Source: Actinomycetota bacterium (lineage in GTDB: Bacteria > Actinomycetota > UBA4738 > CALAEC01). From it: a DNA stretch of 64,000 nt. Position numbers and translations under genes: made by a program. The stretch is from the NCBI GenBank assembly GCA_050693155.1, contig JBOGWA010000146.1, forward strand, positions 8,975-72,974. Reading direction: 5' to 3'. Positions 25,900 to 36,562 of this stretch are shown in pieces. Under the pieces are notes generated by a model, which was not told the DNA's origin, made no database searches, and saw only the letters and a list, made by a program, of their open reading frames with translations. Each line of letters begins with the position of its first letter. Position 1 is the stretch's first letter.

Positions 25900-27003
25900 T
25901 CAGCTCGGGCTGACGGATCGCACGAGGTCGGCAACCTCCGCCGCCGCGTCGGGCTTGCCGAATCGCTCGGCTGCCTCAGCCATCGCCTTCAGGCGCTCTG
26001 GGTGATCGATGAGGGCACCGATCCGATCGGCGAGCGAGGAGGGCGTGAGCTCGTCGTCCAGGAGAACGCTCGCGGCTCCGGCCCGCTTCAGCGCGCGCGC
26101 GTTCGCTTCCTGGTGACGTGCCGTTGCATAGGGATACGGGATGAGGAGTGCGGGTATTCCACAGGCGGATACCTCCGCAACGGTCGAGGCCCCGGCTCGG
26201 GCCACGACGAGATCCGCGACCGAGTACACAAGTTCCATCCGCTCGACGAAAGGCAACGTCCGCAAGAGGAGCCCATCGGTGGTCAATGGCCGGGCGAACG
26301 CACGGGCGTGAGCGGGACCGGTGATGACGAGGAATTGAAGGTCTTGGCGCGATGCGAGAAGCCGCGACGCGCCTGCGGCATCTCGGTCCAGGTGGAGCGC
26401 GCCCTGACTGCCGCCGAAGACCACGATGGTCTGTCTCCCCGAATCGAGCTCGAAGTGCCCCATCGCTTCGTCCCGAAGCGCGGCCCGCTCATCTCGCACT
26501 CGCAGAACGGAGGCACGGATCGGCGTCCCGGTGACCGCGTTTCGGACCCGAGCCGGAAGTCGCGGTCGCGCATCCTCGAACGCGAGCGCGATGGCCTGTG
26601 CCCACCGGGCGGATAGCCGATTGGCGAGCCCCGGCACGGCGTTCTGCTCGTGTAGCACGAGCGGAACCTTCGCTCGCCAGGCCGCCAGGGAGGCGGGAAC
26701 GCTCACGAAGCCGCCCATCCCGACAACAACGTCAACCTCGCGTACGAGCGGCCGGCAGATGCTCGCCGCGCGGAGGGCGGTCAGTGGGGCGCGGACCGCG
26801 GCCAGAGAAAGGCCGCGATGAAACGGTCGAGCCGGGGCCGTGGCAAGCGGGAATCCTGCGGTCGGCACGAGCTTGGATTCCTGACCGCTCGCGGTTCCAA
26901 CGAACCGGACCTTCGCCCCGAGTTGGTCGCGCAGCTCTTCGGCCAGGGCGATCCCCGGGAAAACATGCCCGGCCGTGCCACCCGCTGCAATCAGAACCCG
27001 CAC
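25900..27003 (-). CDS. murG: UDP-GlcNAc:undecaprenyl-PP-MurNAc-pentapeptide GlcNAc transferase MurG
   Basis: MRVLIAAGGTAGHVFPGIALAEEL… and GT28 N- and C-terminal domains. Confidence 0.95.
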   Translation of the reverse strand: MRVLIAAGGTAGHVFPGIALAEELRDQLGAKVRFVGTASGQESKLVPTAGFPLATAPARPFHRGLSLAAVRAPLTALRAASICRPLVREVDVVVGMGGFVSVPASLAAWRAKVPLVLHEQNAVPGLANRLSARWAQAIALAFEDARPRLPARVRNAVTGTPIRASVLRVRDERAALRDEAMGHFELDSGRQTIVVFGGSQGALHLDRDAAGASRLLASRQDLQFLVITGPAHARAFARPLTTDGLLLRTLPFVERMELVYSVADLVVARAGASTVAEVSACGIPALLIPYPYATARHQEANARALKRAGAASVLLDDELTPSSLADRIGALIDHPERLKAMAEAAERFGKPDAAAEVADLVRSVSPS

Positions 27004-27007
27004 GTCG

Positions 27008-28186
27008 CTACCTCCGCGTGGCGTTACTCCGGCGCCCGCGTCCGATCGAGGTGAGGATTCCCATCGCGGTCATCGACACGATGAGCGATGAGCCTCCGAA
27101 CGAAACGAATGGGAGCGGCACCCCGGTGATCGGCAAGAGCCCCGTGACCGCGCCCAAGTTCACGAGCGCTTGCACCGCGATCAGCCCGACGATGCCGGCG
27201 CCGAGAAGCCGGCCGAATGCATCCGGAGCGCGGGTCGCAATGCGAATCCCCGCCACGATCAACGCTCCAAAGAGCGCGAGCACCAACAGATTGCCGAAAA
27301 GCCCAAGCTCCTCCCCGATGATCGAGTAGATGAAGTCCGTGTGCGCATTCGGGACGTAGAGCCACTTCTGCCTGCTCGCCCCGAGACCGACGCCGAATGG
27401 CCCGCCCGAGGTAAGCGCAATCAGGGACTGAATGCTCTGATAGCCGCTGCCCTGAGGGTCGGACCAGGGATTGAGGAACGAGACGAAGCGGGACCAGCGA
27501 TACCCTTCCGCGAAGATCAAACCAAAGCCGAGGGCGCCGGCCCCGAGCGCACCGACGATCAGATGCTTGAGACGGGCGCCGGCGGTAAACAACAGCACGA
27601 ACACCGCAATCACCAAGGTGACCGCCGTTCCCAGATCCGGCTGAAGGAGGATGAGTGCTCCAACGAGGCCGACGAGGGGCATCAATGGGAGCGCAAGGGC
27701 CCGAAGATCGTCGATCCGTCGCCACCTGGCGGCGAGCATCGCTGCCGCGAACACGATGACCGCGAGCTTCGCGAACTCCGACGGCTGGACGGTCACGGGG
27801 CCCATCTCGATCCAGCGAGCGGCTCCGCCGGCTCGCTCCCCGATCGAGGGGACGAGCACCAGCACGAGCAGCAGCAGGCTCGACAGCAGCAGAGGCGCCG
27901 CAAGGTCGCGCCACCGTGCGTACGGCATGCGGCCGGCGACCGCGAAGCACACGATGCCGATTCCCGCGTAGAGAAGCTGTCGCCGGAAGAAGAGGAAGCT
28001 CGACCCATACTCCGTGTAGGCCGAGATCGACGATGCCGAGAGCACCATGACGATGCCGAGAACGACCAACGCAGCGGTCGAGACGAGGATGACGGCGGAT
28101 GGGGAAGCGAGGCGACCCGGACGCCGATCTAGCAGCAGCCGCAGGCTGCCAGGGAAACGCCGACCGGCAACCGCCGCTGCGCTAGC
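27008..28186 (-). CDS. ftsW: SEDS-family peptidoglycan polymerase FtsW
   Basis: 10 transmembrane helices and motifs (…LGTAVTLVIAVFVLLFTAGA…, …PITGVPLPFVSFGGSSLIVSM…). Start placed at a GTG overlapping the murD stop. Confidence 0.9.
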   Translation of the reverse strand, partial: ASAAAVAGRRFPGSLRLLLDRRPGRLASPSAVILVSTAALVVLGIVMVLSASSISAYTEYGSSFLFFRRQLLYAGIGIVCFAVAGRMPYARWRDLAAPLLLSSLLLLVLVLVPSIGERAGGAARWIEMGPVTVQPSEFAKLAVIVFAAAMLAARWRRIDDLRALALPLMPLVGLVGALILLQPDLGTAVTLVIAVFVLLFTAGARLKHLIVGALGAGALGFGLIFAEGYRWSRFVSFLNPWSDPQGSGYQSIQSLIALTSGGPFGVGLGASRQKWLYVPNAHTDFIYSIIGEELGLFGNLLVLALFGALIVAGIRIATRAPDAFGRLLGAGIVGLIAVQALVNLGAVTGLLPITGVPLPFVSFGGSSLIVSMTAMGILTSIGRGRRSNATRR

Positions 28187-29558
28187 CACTCGTCGCTCCC
28201 GTCTTCGTCGTCGCATCGGCAAGCCGGCGCGCGGCTGCCGAGAACCGGTCCCCTCGCTCCGCGTAGTCCCGGAACATGTCGTGGCTCGAGCAGGCCGGCG
28301 CGAGCAGGACCACTCCCCGGTTGTCTGCCGCATCGAACGCGCGTGAGACGGCCTCTTCGATGGAGGACGCTCGATAAACGGGAACTCGACCTTCGAACAT
28401 TCCGGCGAGATCCTCGGCCGCCTCCCCGATCGTCACGAGTGCGGTCAGTCTCGGGGTTGCCGCAATCAATGGGCTGAGGTCGAGGCTCTTCGCGCGCCCA
28501 CCGGCAATCAGGACGACCTCGTCCATTCCCTCGATCGCAGCCAAGGCAGCGTGTGGATTCGTGGCCTTGGAATCGTCGATGAAGCGAACCCCGCGGATTT
28601 CGGCAACGACCTCTCCTCGATGGGGCGGGGGGGTGAATCCCTCGAGCGCCTTGCCCACGGACTCCGGGCGGATCCCAAACGCGAGCGCCGCAGCGGCGCC
28701 CGCAGCAACATCCGCGCGAAGTGACGCGCCAGAAAATGGCGGGCGGCCGAGCGAGACGTCGGAGCCGAGACGCGCGATGAGCTCCTGACCTACGTACCCA
28801 ACCTCACCGGGTCCGGGCTCTCCGAGCGTGAACCACATCCGCCGGCAGGGGGCGCCGCGCGAGAGCGCCGCCGCGTGGGGATCGTCGCGGTTGCCAACGT
28901 GCACATCGTCTGCCGCCTGACGGACGTAGATCTGTCGTTTTGCTGCGCCGTAGGCGGCCACATCACGATGCCAATCAAGATGGTCCGGCGCGAGATTCAG
29001 GAGCACGGACACCTGCGGATGGAACGATTCGTGAAACCGCAGCTGGAATGAAGAAACCTCCACCGCGAGCGCGTCGTGATCCTCGCGAGCGGCAAGAGAC
29101 ACCGGGTATCCCACATTGCCGCACGCGATCGCGCCAAGTCCGTCCGCGCGCATCGTCGCAGCGACCCACTCCGTGGTTGTCGTCTTTCCGTTCGTCCCGG
29201 TGATCGCGACCACCGGGCACCGAAGCAATCGAGCCCCGATCTCGAGCTCGCTCCAGATGGGAAGACGTTGCTCGCGAGCCCAGGAAAGAATGGGAGCCTG
29301 CTCTCGGACTCCCGGGCTAGCGACGAGCAGAGATGCTCCCTCGAGGTGGTCCGGGCGGTGGCCACCGGCGCGCACGTCTGCACCGGCAGCTTCGGCCTCC
29401 GCGATGGCCTCGCCGATCTCCTCCTCCGGCTTCGCCTCGCTCACGCGAACGACCGCCCCGAGATCGGCCAGGACGCGGACGGCCGCCCGGCCGCTCGCGC
29501 CGAGCCCGACGACCACGACCCGGCGACCCGCGACATCGAGGCCGGGCTCCTCGCTCAT
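28182..29558 (-). CDS. murD: UDP-N-acetylmuramoylalanine--D-glutamate ligase MurD
   Basis: …VVVVGLGASGRAAVRVLADLGA…, GTNGKTTTTEW P-loop. Confidence 0.95.
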   Translation of the reverse strand: MSEEPGLDVAGRRVVVVGLGASGRAAVRVLADLGAVVRVSEAKPEEEIGEAIAEAEAAGADVRAGGHRPDHLEGASLLVASPGVREQAPILSWAREQRLPIWSELEIGARLLRCPVVAITGTNGKTTTTEWVAATMRADGLGAIACGNVGYPVSLAAREDHDALAVEVSSFQLRFHESFHPQVSVLLNLAPDHLDWHRDVAAYGAAKRQIYVRQAADDVHVGNRDDPHAAALSRGAPCRRMWFTLGEPGPGEVGYVGQELIARLGSDVSLGRPPFSGASLRADVAAGAAAALAFGIRPESVGKALEGFTPPPHRGEVVAEIRGVRFIDDSKATNPHAALAAIEGMDEVVLIAGGRAKSLDLSPLIAATPRLTALVTIGEAAEDLAGMFEGRVPVYRASSIEEAVSRAFDAADNRGVVLLAPACSSHDMFRDYAERGDRFSAAARRLADATTKTGATSG

Positions 29559-30616
29559 GGGATCCCCCCGCGCGCGAGGAAGTCCGCATAGAAGAGTCCC
29601 AGCCCAAAAGCCACGACGAGCCCGGCCACGATCCAGAACCGAACGATCACGGTGAACTCAGGCCATCCGAGCACCTCGAAATGGTGATGGATCGGCGCCA
29701 TTCGAAAGAGTCGCTTCCCGAACATCCGGAAGGAAACGACCTGAAGGATCACCGACGTCGTTTCGAGCACGTACAGCCCGCCCAGAACCAGAAGGAGCAA
29801 TTGGGTGTGCGTGGTGATCGCCATTGCGGCGATCAGTCCCCCGAGGGCAAGTGAACCGGTGTCCCCCATGAAGATCTTCGCCGGCGCCGCGTTCCACCAG
29901 AGAAACCCCGCGAGCGCACCGAGCCCAGCCGCGGCAACGATCGCCAGGTCGAGCGAGGTGGACAGATCGATCCGGTAGCAGCCGGCCGTCGGGAGCTGCG
30001 CGCACGTATGCCGGAATTGCCAGAACGCGATGATCACGTACGCGCCCATCACCATCGCGGCCGAACCAGAAGCCAATCCGTCCAAGCCGTCCGTCAGATT
30101 GACCGCATTCGACGTGGACGCGAGCATCAGGAAAACCCAGAAGATGAAGATGAAGCCCAGATCCAGACCGGTCTCTCGAATGAAGGAGAGCTCCGTCGAG
30201 ACGTTGGTATAGCGGGCAAGCGCGAGTGCGAACACAACCGCCACGATGGCTTGCCCGATCACCTTGCCGGTCTTGCCGAGCCCAAGCGAGTGATCCCTGC
30301 GAATCTTCAGGAAGTCGTCAAGAAACCCGACCGCTCCGAGTCCCGCCGCGGCGCCGACGACGAGGGCGCCCGTCACCGTGGCGCCCCCGAATACGAGGCT
30401 GCTGACCCCGTAGGCAAACAGCATGCCGCCGAGAATGACGAGCCCGCCCATCGTTGGTGTGCCTCGCTTCTCCTGATGTGGCGGGCTGGGACTGTGCGGT
30501 TCGGGCTCCCGAACGCGCTGCCCCCAGCCGAGGAACCGAAAGAGCCGGATCGCGATTGGGGTCCCGAGCAAGGTCGCGAGGAGCCCGACGGCCGCCGCCA
30601 ACAGGATTCTGTTCAC
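29555..30616 (-). CDS. mraY: Phospho-N-acetylmuramoyl-pentapeptide transferase MraY
   Basis: Motifs …VNLTDGLDGLASG…, …DTGSLALGGLIAAMA…, …MAPIHHHFE…. The GTG start overlaps the murF stop (GTGA). Confidence 0.95.
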   Translation of the reverse strand: MNRILLAAAVGLLATLLGTPIAIRLFRFLGWGQRVREPEPHSPSPPHQEKRGTPTMGGLVILGGMLFAYGVSSLVFGGATVTGALVVGAAAGLGAVGFLDDFLKIRRDHSLGLGKTGKVIGQAIVAVVFALALARYTNVSTELSFIRETGLDLGFIFIFWVFLMLASTSNAVNLTDGLDGLASGSAAMVMGAYVIIAFWQFRHTCAQLPTAGCYRIDLSTSLDLAIVAAAGLGALAGFLWWNAAPAKIFMGDTGSLALGGLIAAMAITTHTQLLLLVLGGLYVLETTSVILQVVSFRMFGKRLFRMAPIHHHFEVLGWPEFTVIVRFWIVAGLVVAFGLGLFYADFLARGGIP

Positions 30617-32031
30617 GGAGTTCCCTCCGAGCGATGGGCTCCCGTGGCGGTCCCTTGCGTTTCCTGGCCGGGGTGAAGGAGGGACGCAGCAACCCGCTCG
30701 AGACCAACGGCCCGAGAGGCTTTGACGAGCACCACATCCCCCGGCCGGACGAGCTCGCGAACGGCCTCCTCGGCCTCGGCGACGGACGCACACATCGTCA
30801 CCCGATCGGGTTCGAAGCCCTCCCGCGTCGCGCTCACCCCGATCCGACGCCCCCACGCCCCGACGACGACGAGACGATCGATCCGGAGCCGAGCCGCGAG
30901 CTCACCGATCCGCTCGTGCTCCTCCTCTGCCACAGGGCCGAGCTCGGCCATTTCTCCCAAGACGGCGATAAGGCGCCCCGGCTCCGCCATCCACCTCGTC
31001 GTCCGCAGTGCGGCCGCCATCGACGAGGGATTCGCGTTGTAGGCGTCGTTCACGACCCGGACCCCGTCCGACGTTTCTGCGATCTCCATCCGCCAGCGCG
31101 AGACTCGAGCGTTCGCCAGAGCCTCCGCACATTCCCCCGGAGGCACACCGAGCGCGATGCCGGACGCCGCCGCCGCAAGCGCGTTCTGTGCCATATGCTC
31201 GCCGGGAACACTCAGTCGAAGGTGGAATCCATCTCCCCCGACTCGAACGCGAAACGACGCGCGACCCATCGAATCGAGCGAGAGCTCCTCGCCCCGCACC
31301 TCGGCATCCTGGACAAACCCGTAGCGCAGGATCTCCGCCTTCGTGCGTTCCGCGAACGTTCGCACGACCGCGTCGTCGGCGTTGAGCACCGCGGTTCCCT
31401 CCCGGGGGAGCGCTTCGACGAGCTCAGCCTTTGCGTCTGCGACCGCTTCGCGGCTCCCGAAGTACTCAAGATGTGAAGTACCGACGTTCGTCACTACCCC
31501 CACCGTTGGTCGGGCCACCCGAGCGAGCTCCGTGATTTGACCGGGCCCGCGACTTCCCATCTCGCAGACGATCACGTCCGTATCCTCTGGAGCCTGCAAA
31601 AGGGTCAGAGGAACGCCGACCTCCGTGTTGTACGACTCGGGGCTCGCGTGGACGCGGTGGACCGAGCCCAGGACGGAGGCCGCCAGATCTTTGGTGGAGG
31701 TCTTCCCGCTGGACCCGGTGATTCCTACGACCGCAACGTCACGATCGGCCCGTTCCGCCCCTGCAAGCAAGAGGAGTCCATCTCGGGTGCTCTCGACGAC
31801 CACCTGTGGACCGGAAGCGTTCGTTTGCCGCTCGACCAGCGCGCCGACCGCTCCGCGAGAGAGTGCATCCTCAACGTGGTCATGGCCGTCCGTTCGCTCA
31901 CCCGAGAGCGCGACGAAGAGGTCACCGGCAGTGACCCGACGACTGTCCACGGTCACGCCGGTGATCACGGTGTCCCGCCCTTCCAGCCTGCCCGCGCAGG
32001 CAGCGGCGATCCAGGTGAGAGGACGCTTCAC
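30613..32031 (-). CDS. murF: UDP-MurNAc-tripeptide--D-Ala-D-Ala ligase MurF
   Basis: …VGITGSSGKTSTKDL… and Mur ligase domains. Confidence 0.95.
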   Translation of the reverse strand: MKRPLTWIAAACAGRLEGRDTVITGVTVDSRRVTAGDLFVALSGERTDGHDHVEDALSRGAVGALVERQTNASGPQVVVESTRDGLLLLAGAERADRDVAVVGITGSSGKTSTKDLAASVLGSVHRVHASPESYNTEVGVPLTLLQAPEDTDVIVCEMGSRGPGQITELARVARPTVGVVTNVGTSHLEYFGSREAVADAKAELVEALPREGTAVLNADDAVVRTFAERTKAEILRYGFVQDAEVRGEELSLDSMGRASFRVRVGGDGFHLRLSVPGEHMAQNALAAAASGIALGVPPGECAEALANARVSRWRMEIAETSDGVRVVNDAYNANPSSMAAALRTTRWMAEPGRLIAVLGEMAELGPVAEEEHERIGELAARLRIDRLVVVGAWGRRIGVSATREGFEPDRVTMCASVAEAEEAVRELVRPGDVVLVKASRAVGLERVAASLLHPGQETQGTATGAHRSEGTP

Positions 32032-33596
32032 GGCTCCGTCTCCTCGCGGGAGGCGCTTCCGGACGACGCACGACGGGAGAGCTCCTCTCTCGCGACTACG
32101 CGATCGTCGAACGGCACGGTTCGATCCGCGAACTCCTGTCCCGTCTCGTGTCCCTTGCCGGCGATCACGACGACGTCCCCGGGACGCGCCTCAGCGATGG
32201 CGGACCGGATCGCTGTTCGCCGATCTGGGAGTATCTCGTAGGCGCCGCCTCCGGCTCCTGCACCGGTTTCGATCTCACTGATTATCGCGGCCGGATCTTC
32301 GGATCGAGGGTTGTCGCTCGTGATGAAGGTGAGGTCCGCGAGCCGAGTTGCCGACTCCCCCATTCGGGGCCGTTTCGCCCGGTCACGATCCCCTCCACAG
32401 CCGAAGACCGCGATCACACGGCCGCCGGCAAGCGTTCGCGTTGCGTGAAGCACGTTCTCGAGGCTATCCGGCGTGTGCGCGTAGTCGACGAGCACCTCGA
32501 AGGGCTGTCCCGCATCGATCGGTTCCATCCGTCCGGGAACTCCCCCGACTGCCTCGATGCCACGCAAGATGGCGTCGTCGCTGATGCCGACCTGCCTGGC
32601 AGCGGTCAAGGCAGCGAGGCAGTTGTAGACATTGAACGCTCCACGAAGCGGAGACCGGATCTCGAGGCCGTCGACACGAAACTGGATCCCTTCGGTCGAT
32701 AACCGGATCTCGCGCCCGACGATGTCGGCCCCAGCCTCAGTCCCATACGTGAGGGTTGGCACGCCGGTCTCTAGCAGGCGCAGCCCGTGCGGAGAATCGC
32801 GATTGACTACCGCAGCGCCGGTCATCTCCGGGGTGAACAACCGGGCCTTGGCATCGAAGTACGCATCCAGGGATCCGTGGTAGTCCAGGTGATCCTGCGA
32901 GAGGTTCGTGAAGACGGCACAATCGAACAGAATTCCCCCGACGCGATGCTGATCGAGCCCATGGGAGGAAACTTCCATCGCGACACCTCGGACCCCGCGT
33001 TCGCTCATCTCGATGAGAAGGCGGTGCAGATCGGGAGCCTCGGGCGTGGTCCGTGCCTGAGGACGGGGGCGACCGGCGACCCGAACCCCGGTCGTCCCGA
33101 TCACCCCGGACGTGAGACCCGCCTTCTCGAAGACGCCCTCCATCAGGTAGGTCGTCGTCGTCTTCCCGTTCGTTCCCGTGACCCCGATCAGCGTCAGGGT
33201 GTCCGCAGGTCGCTGGAAAAAGGCGGCAGCCATCGGGCCCATAGCCGCCCGAACTGACGGCACGCGGACCTGCGCAACCGAGTCCGGCAGCTCGAGCCAT
33301 CGCTCAACGACGACCACCGACGCGCCACGGCCCACGGCGTCGGGCGCGAAATCGTGCCCGTCGGCGGTGGCTCCGCGGACACAGAAGAACAGCGATGCGG
33401 GACTCGCTTCGTCCGATCGATAGCCGAGATCGGCAACGACGGCAGCCTGGTCGCCGCGGACCTCAGCAGCCGGAATCGGCGCCAGCAACTCGGAGAGTGG
33501 ACGGGGGACAGGAGACAACAGCGGATCGTCTCGATTCGTGAAAACGGCCCGAGTCCCCTCGGGCCACCGAGATTCTAGCATCGACCCCGTTGGCAT
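32028..33596 (-). CDS. murE: UDP-MurNAc-L-Ala-D-Glu--2,6-diaminopimelate (or L-Lys) ligase MurE
   Basis: …IGVTGTNGKTTTTYL…, …DNPRSEDP… (DNPR motif). ATG start (MPTGSML) overlaps the ftsI stop. The upstream 180 codons in the ORF track are a spurious extension. Confidence 0.95.
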   Translation of the reverse strand: MPTGSMLESRWPEGTRAVFTNRDDPLLSPVPRPLSELLAPIPAAEVRGDQAAVVADLGYRSDEASPASLFFCVRGATADGHDFAPDAVGRGASVVVVERWLELPDSVAQVRVPSVRAAMGPMAAAFFQRPADTLTLIGVTGTNGKTTTTYLMEGVFEKAGLTSGVIGTTGVRVAGRPRPQARTTPEAPDLHRLLIEMSERGVRGVAMEVSSHGLDQHRVGGILFDCAVFTNLSQDHLDYHGSLDAYFDAKARLFTPEMTGAAVVNRDSPHGLRLLETGVPTLTYGTEAGADIVGREIRLSTEGIQFRVDGLEIRSPLRGAFNVYNCLAALTAARQVGISDDAILRGIEAVGGVPGRMEPIDAGQPFEVLVDYAHTPDSLENVLHATRTLAGGRVIAVFGCGGDRDRAKRPRMGESATRLADLTFITSDNPRSEDPAAIISEIETGAGAGGGAYEILPDRRTAIRSAIAEARPGDVVVIAGKGHETGQEFADRTVPFDDRVVAREELSRRASSGSASREETEP

Positions 33597-35305
33597 CAGC
33601 CACTCGTCACCGTCGGAGGAATCGCCGGCCGCCCCTCCGTCGGTACATGAAGGTACCCGAGTGCGAACTGCGTGATCTCCTGGAAGAGTGGCGCGGCGGC
33701 GATACCCCCGTAGACGGTCGCCGGCTCGTCGAGCATGACCGCCACGACGACCCGAGGATCCCGAGCCGGAGCGAATCCAATGAAGGAAGCGATCACCTCC
33801 TCGCTGTATCCCCGCTCGTCCTCCAAGGGCTTGCGAGCCGTCCCCGTCTTCCCGGCGACCCAATACCCCGGAATCTGTGCCAGCCGGCCGGTTCCGGCCC
33901 GAACGGCCCTCGCGAGCATGCCGGTGACGATCCGCGCGGTCCGCCCGGAGACAACCCGCCGCTCCTCGGACTCCGCGGCGAGGTCGAAGCGGCCGTTCGC
34001 ATCGATGGTCGCACGGACGAGCCTCGGAGTCACGGCAACGCCGTCGTTCGCAACCGTTGCGTACACGGTGGCCATCTGCAGCAGCGTGACGGCGATTCCC
34101 TGTCCGAGAGGGATCGTTCCCATACTCGTGCCCCACCAGCGGTCGGCTGGCAGCACGAGCCCCTTGGCTTCTCCGGGAAATCGAATCCCCGTCTCGCGAC
34201 CGAAACCGAACCGGTCGAGGTAGGTGGTGAGCCGCCCCTTCCCGAGGCGTTCAGCGAGCTGGATCGTCCCCACGTTGCTCGAGTAGGCGATGACGTCGGT
34301 GATCGTCATCCGGGCCGGCGGGTGCTGTTCGTTGTCATGAAACCACTTGTCCCCAACGCGATACCGATCCGGAACCTCGAGAACTTCGGCGAGATCGACG
34401 AGATTCTCCTCGACCACGCCCGTGGCGGTGATCACCTTGTTTACCGATCCCGGCTCGTACATGTCGGTGACCGGACGATTCCGGGTGAGCGCAACCGGAG
34501 TCTCCTGGAAGCGGTTCAGATCGAACGTCGGCGCCGTTGCCATCGCGAGGACGTCGCCTGTGACCGGATCGAGGACGACGGCCATCCCCCCCTTCGCGTC
34601 GTTCCCGCGAACGGCTCGACCCAGAGCCCGCTCGACGTGGAATTGGATATCTCGATCGATGGTGAGCGCAAGACTTCGACCGGGAACCGGTGCGCGCCCC
34701 CGCCGCTCTCCTTGAGGGATTAGCCTTCCGGCCGCATCCTGCTCGACGACGATCGACCCCGGGCGCCCGGCGAGCAGCCGCTGATATTCGAGCTCGAGGC
34801 CCGCGAGCCCGGCGTCGTCGACGCCGACGAACCCAAGGACCTGCGCCGCCAGCCCCTCGCCCGGGTAATAGCGCTTGCTCTCCTCGAGGAAGCCGATCCC
34901 CGGCAACTCCAGCTCTTCGATCCGGCGAGCGAGGCCGAGATCAACCTTGCGCGCCAGGTACACGAAGGCCGCCTTGCGAAGGAGCGCACTCCGAAGCGGC
35001 CCCGGCTCGACGCCGAGCACCTTGGCGATCCGTCGCGCCACGCGGGCCGGATTCCGAACGAGCCTCGGATCCGCGTAGACCGTTCGTGCGGGCAGCGACA
35101 GCGCCAGTTCCCGTCCGGCCCGGTCGTAGATCACCCCACGATCCGCCGGAAGCGCGAGACGCCGCAAGCGCTGCTCGCGTGCGAGCGCCTCATAGGCGGC
35201 GGCATCGCGAACCTGGAGCGTGACGAGCCGCGCGCCGATGCCGGTGAACGCGAGAAGGAGAACCACCAACAGGGACCCCAGCCTCGCGACCGGAGGCCGG
35301 CTCAT
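33596..35305 (-). CDS. ftsI: Penicillin-binding protein 3 / FtsI (class B PBP transpeptidase)
   Basis: Transmembrane anchor plus dimerisation domain. SxxK (…TGTAR?/…SVNKVIT…), SxN and KTG(T) motifs (…GKTGTARK…). Start trimmed to MSRPPVARLG ~35305. Confidence 0.9.
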   Translation of the reverse strand: MSRPPVARLGSLLVVLLLAFTGIGARLVTLQVRDAAAYEALAREQRLRRLALPADRGVIYDRAGRELALSLPARTVYADPRLVRNPARVARRIAKVLGVEPGPLRSALLRKAAFVYLARKVDLGLARRIEELELPGIGFLEESKRYYPGEGLAAQVLGFVGVDDAGLAGLELEYQRLLAGRPGSIVVEQDAAGRLIPQGERRGRAPVPGRSLALTIDRDIQFHVERALGRAVRGNDAKGGMAVVLDPVTGDVLAMATAPTFDLNRFQETPVALTRNRPVTDMYEPGSVNKVITATGVVEENLVDLAEVLEVPDRYRVGDKWFHDNEQHPPARMTITDVIAYSSNVGTIQLAERLGKGRLTTYLDRFGFGRETGIRFPGEAKGLVLPADRWWGTSMGTIPLGQGIAVTLLQMATVYATVANDGVAVTPRLVRATIDANGRFDLAAESEERRVVSGRTARIVTGMLARAVRAGTGRLAQIPGYWVAGKTGTARKPLEDERGYSEEVIASFIGFAPARDPRVVVAVMLDEPATVYGGIAAAPLFQEITQFALGYLHVPTEGRPAIPPTVTSG

Positions 35306-35661
35306 CCCGATCCCCCGGGCGCCTCCTCGAATGCGAGCGTGCCGCTTGGAGCTTGCGGCGAGGGGGGCCGTTCTGCTCCGGGCATCGGAACGTAGAGCAG
35401 CCTCACTTCCCGCGGGAGGACGAGCCCGGCCCGCCGTGCCGCCCGGACGATGTTGTCCGGGGAAGAGAGCTCGGCGAGGCGCAGCCGAAGCCGATCGGAG
35501 GCCGAGCTCAGTTGCTCGGCTCGCTCGTTCAGCTTGTTTGCACGCAGCGATGTCTGCGCGACGAGGACCTGGGTGCTTGCGAGCGCAACGATCATCATCC
35601 CGACGACAACGAGGGAGAAGAGCAGAAACGGCACGCCGCGATCTCGCCGACGCTTCGTCAT
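35302..35661 (-). CDS. ftsL: Cell division protein FtsL-like (septum formation initiator)
   Basis: Small bitopic protein with a transmembrane segment (FLLFSLVVVGMMIVALA) followed by a coiled coil; sits between rsmH and ftsI. Confidence 0.75.
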   Translation of the reverse strand: MTKRRRDRGVPFLLFSLVVVGMMIVALASTQVLVAQTSLRANKLNERAEQLSSASDRLRLRLAELSSPDNIVRAARRAGLVLPREVRLLYVPMPGAERPPSPQAPSGTLAFEEAPGGSG

Positions 35662-36545
35662 CAGGCGGCCTCCCTTTGGGCGGCCCGGAGTTTCGCGCTG
35701 CGAGCACGAGGGTTCCGTGAGATCTCGGCGCGACCGGCTCGAAGCGGCTTTTTCGTCAGTACGCGGAGCCCGGGTTCGCCCACCAGGAAGCGCTTCACGA
35801 TCCGATCTTCGAGCGAGTGATAGGCGATCACGACGATCCGCCCGCCGGGGAGGAGCAGTTCGAGGGCCCGTGAAAGGGACGTCGCAAGCTCCTCGAGCTC
35901 TCGATTGACTTCGATCCGAATCGCTTGAAAGCTGCGTCGTGCCGGATGCGGGCCTCCTCGCCGACGCGGCACGGAGGCAGCGACGACCGAGGCGAGCTCG
36001 CGGGTCGTGGACAGTGGTCGGCGGGAACGGGCCCGCAGAATCGCCTTCGCGATCCTTCTCGCATGGCGTTCCTCCCCGAAGTCGCGAAGGACCCGCACGA
36101 GCTCGTCTTCCGAGTATCCATTCACGACGTCCGCGGCCGTGGGCCCGTTCTCCGTCAGGTCCATCCGCATGTCGAGGGGCCCATCGGCACGGAACGAGAA
36201 GCCACGCTCCGGGCGGTCGAGGTGGAGGGAGGAGACTCCGAGGTCGTAGAAGAGACCGTCGACCGCCCGGACCGCAGCCTCTCTTGCGATCCGGCTTACA
36301 TCCGAGAACCGGGCTGCAACCGGCGTGAACCGGTCGCCGTAGTCCGCCAGCTGGGCGCGCGCGAGGGCCAGGCTGTCTGGGTCTCGGTCGACTCCCACGA
36401 CGCGCTCGGTCCCCGCACGCAGGAGCGCACGCGCGTGTCCGCCGGCCCCGACCGTGAAATCGAAAACCGTACGGGTCCCCGCCATCAGTCGGACCACCTC
36501 CCGCACGAGGACCGGTTCGTGCGGGACTCGCGCCACCTCACCCAC
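35661..36545 (-). CDS. rsmH: 16S rRNA (cytosine1402-N4)-methyltransferase RsmH (MraW)
   Basis: …HEPVLVREVV…DFTVGAGGHARALL… SAM-binding motif, …DLGVSSLHLDRPERGFSF…. Confidence 0.95.
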   Translation of the reverse strand: MGEVARVPHEPVLVREVVRLMAGTRTVFDFTVGAGGHARALLRAGTERVVGVDRDPDSLALARAQLADYGDRFTPVAARFSDVSRIAREAAVRAVDGLFYDLGVSSLHLDRPERGFSFRADGPLDMRMDLTENGPTAADVVNGYSEDELVRVLRDFGEERHARRIAKAILRARSRRPLSTTRELASVVAASVPRRRGGPHPARRSFQAIRIEVNRELEELATSLSRALELLLPGGRIVVIAYHSLEDRIVKRFLVGEPGLRVLTKKPLRAGRAEISRNPRARSAKLRAAQREAA

Positions 36546-36562
36546 ATCCGCTCCTCACTCCC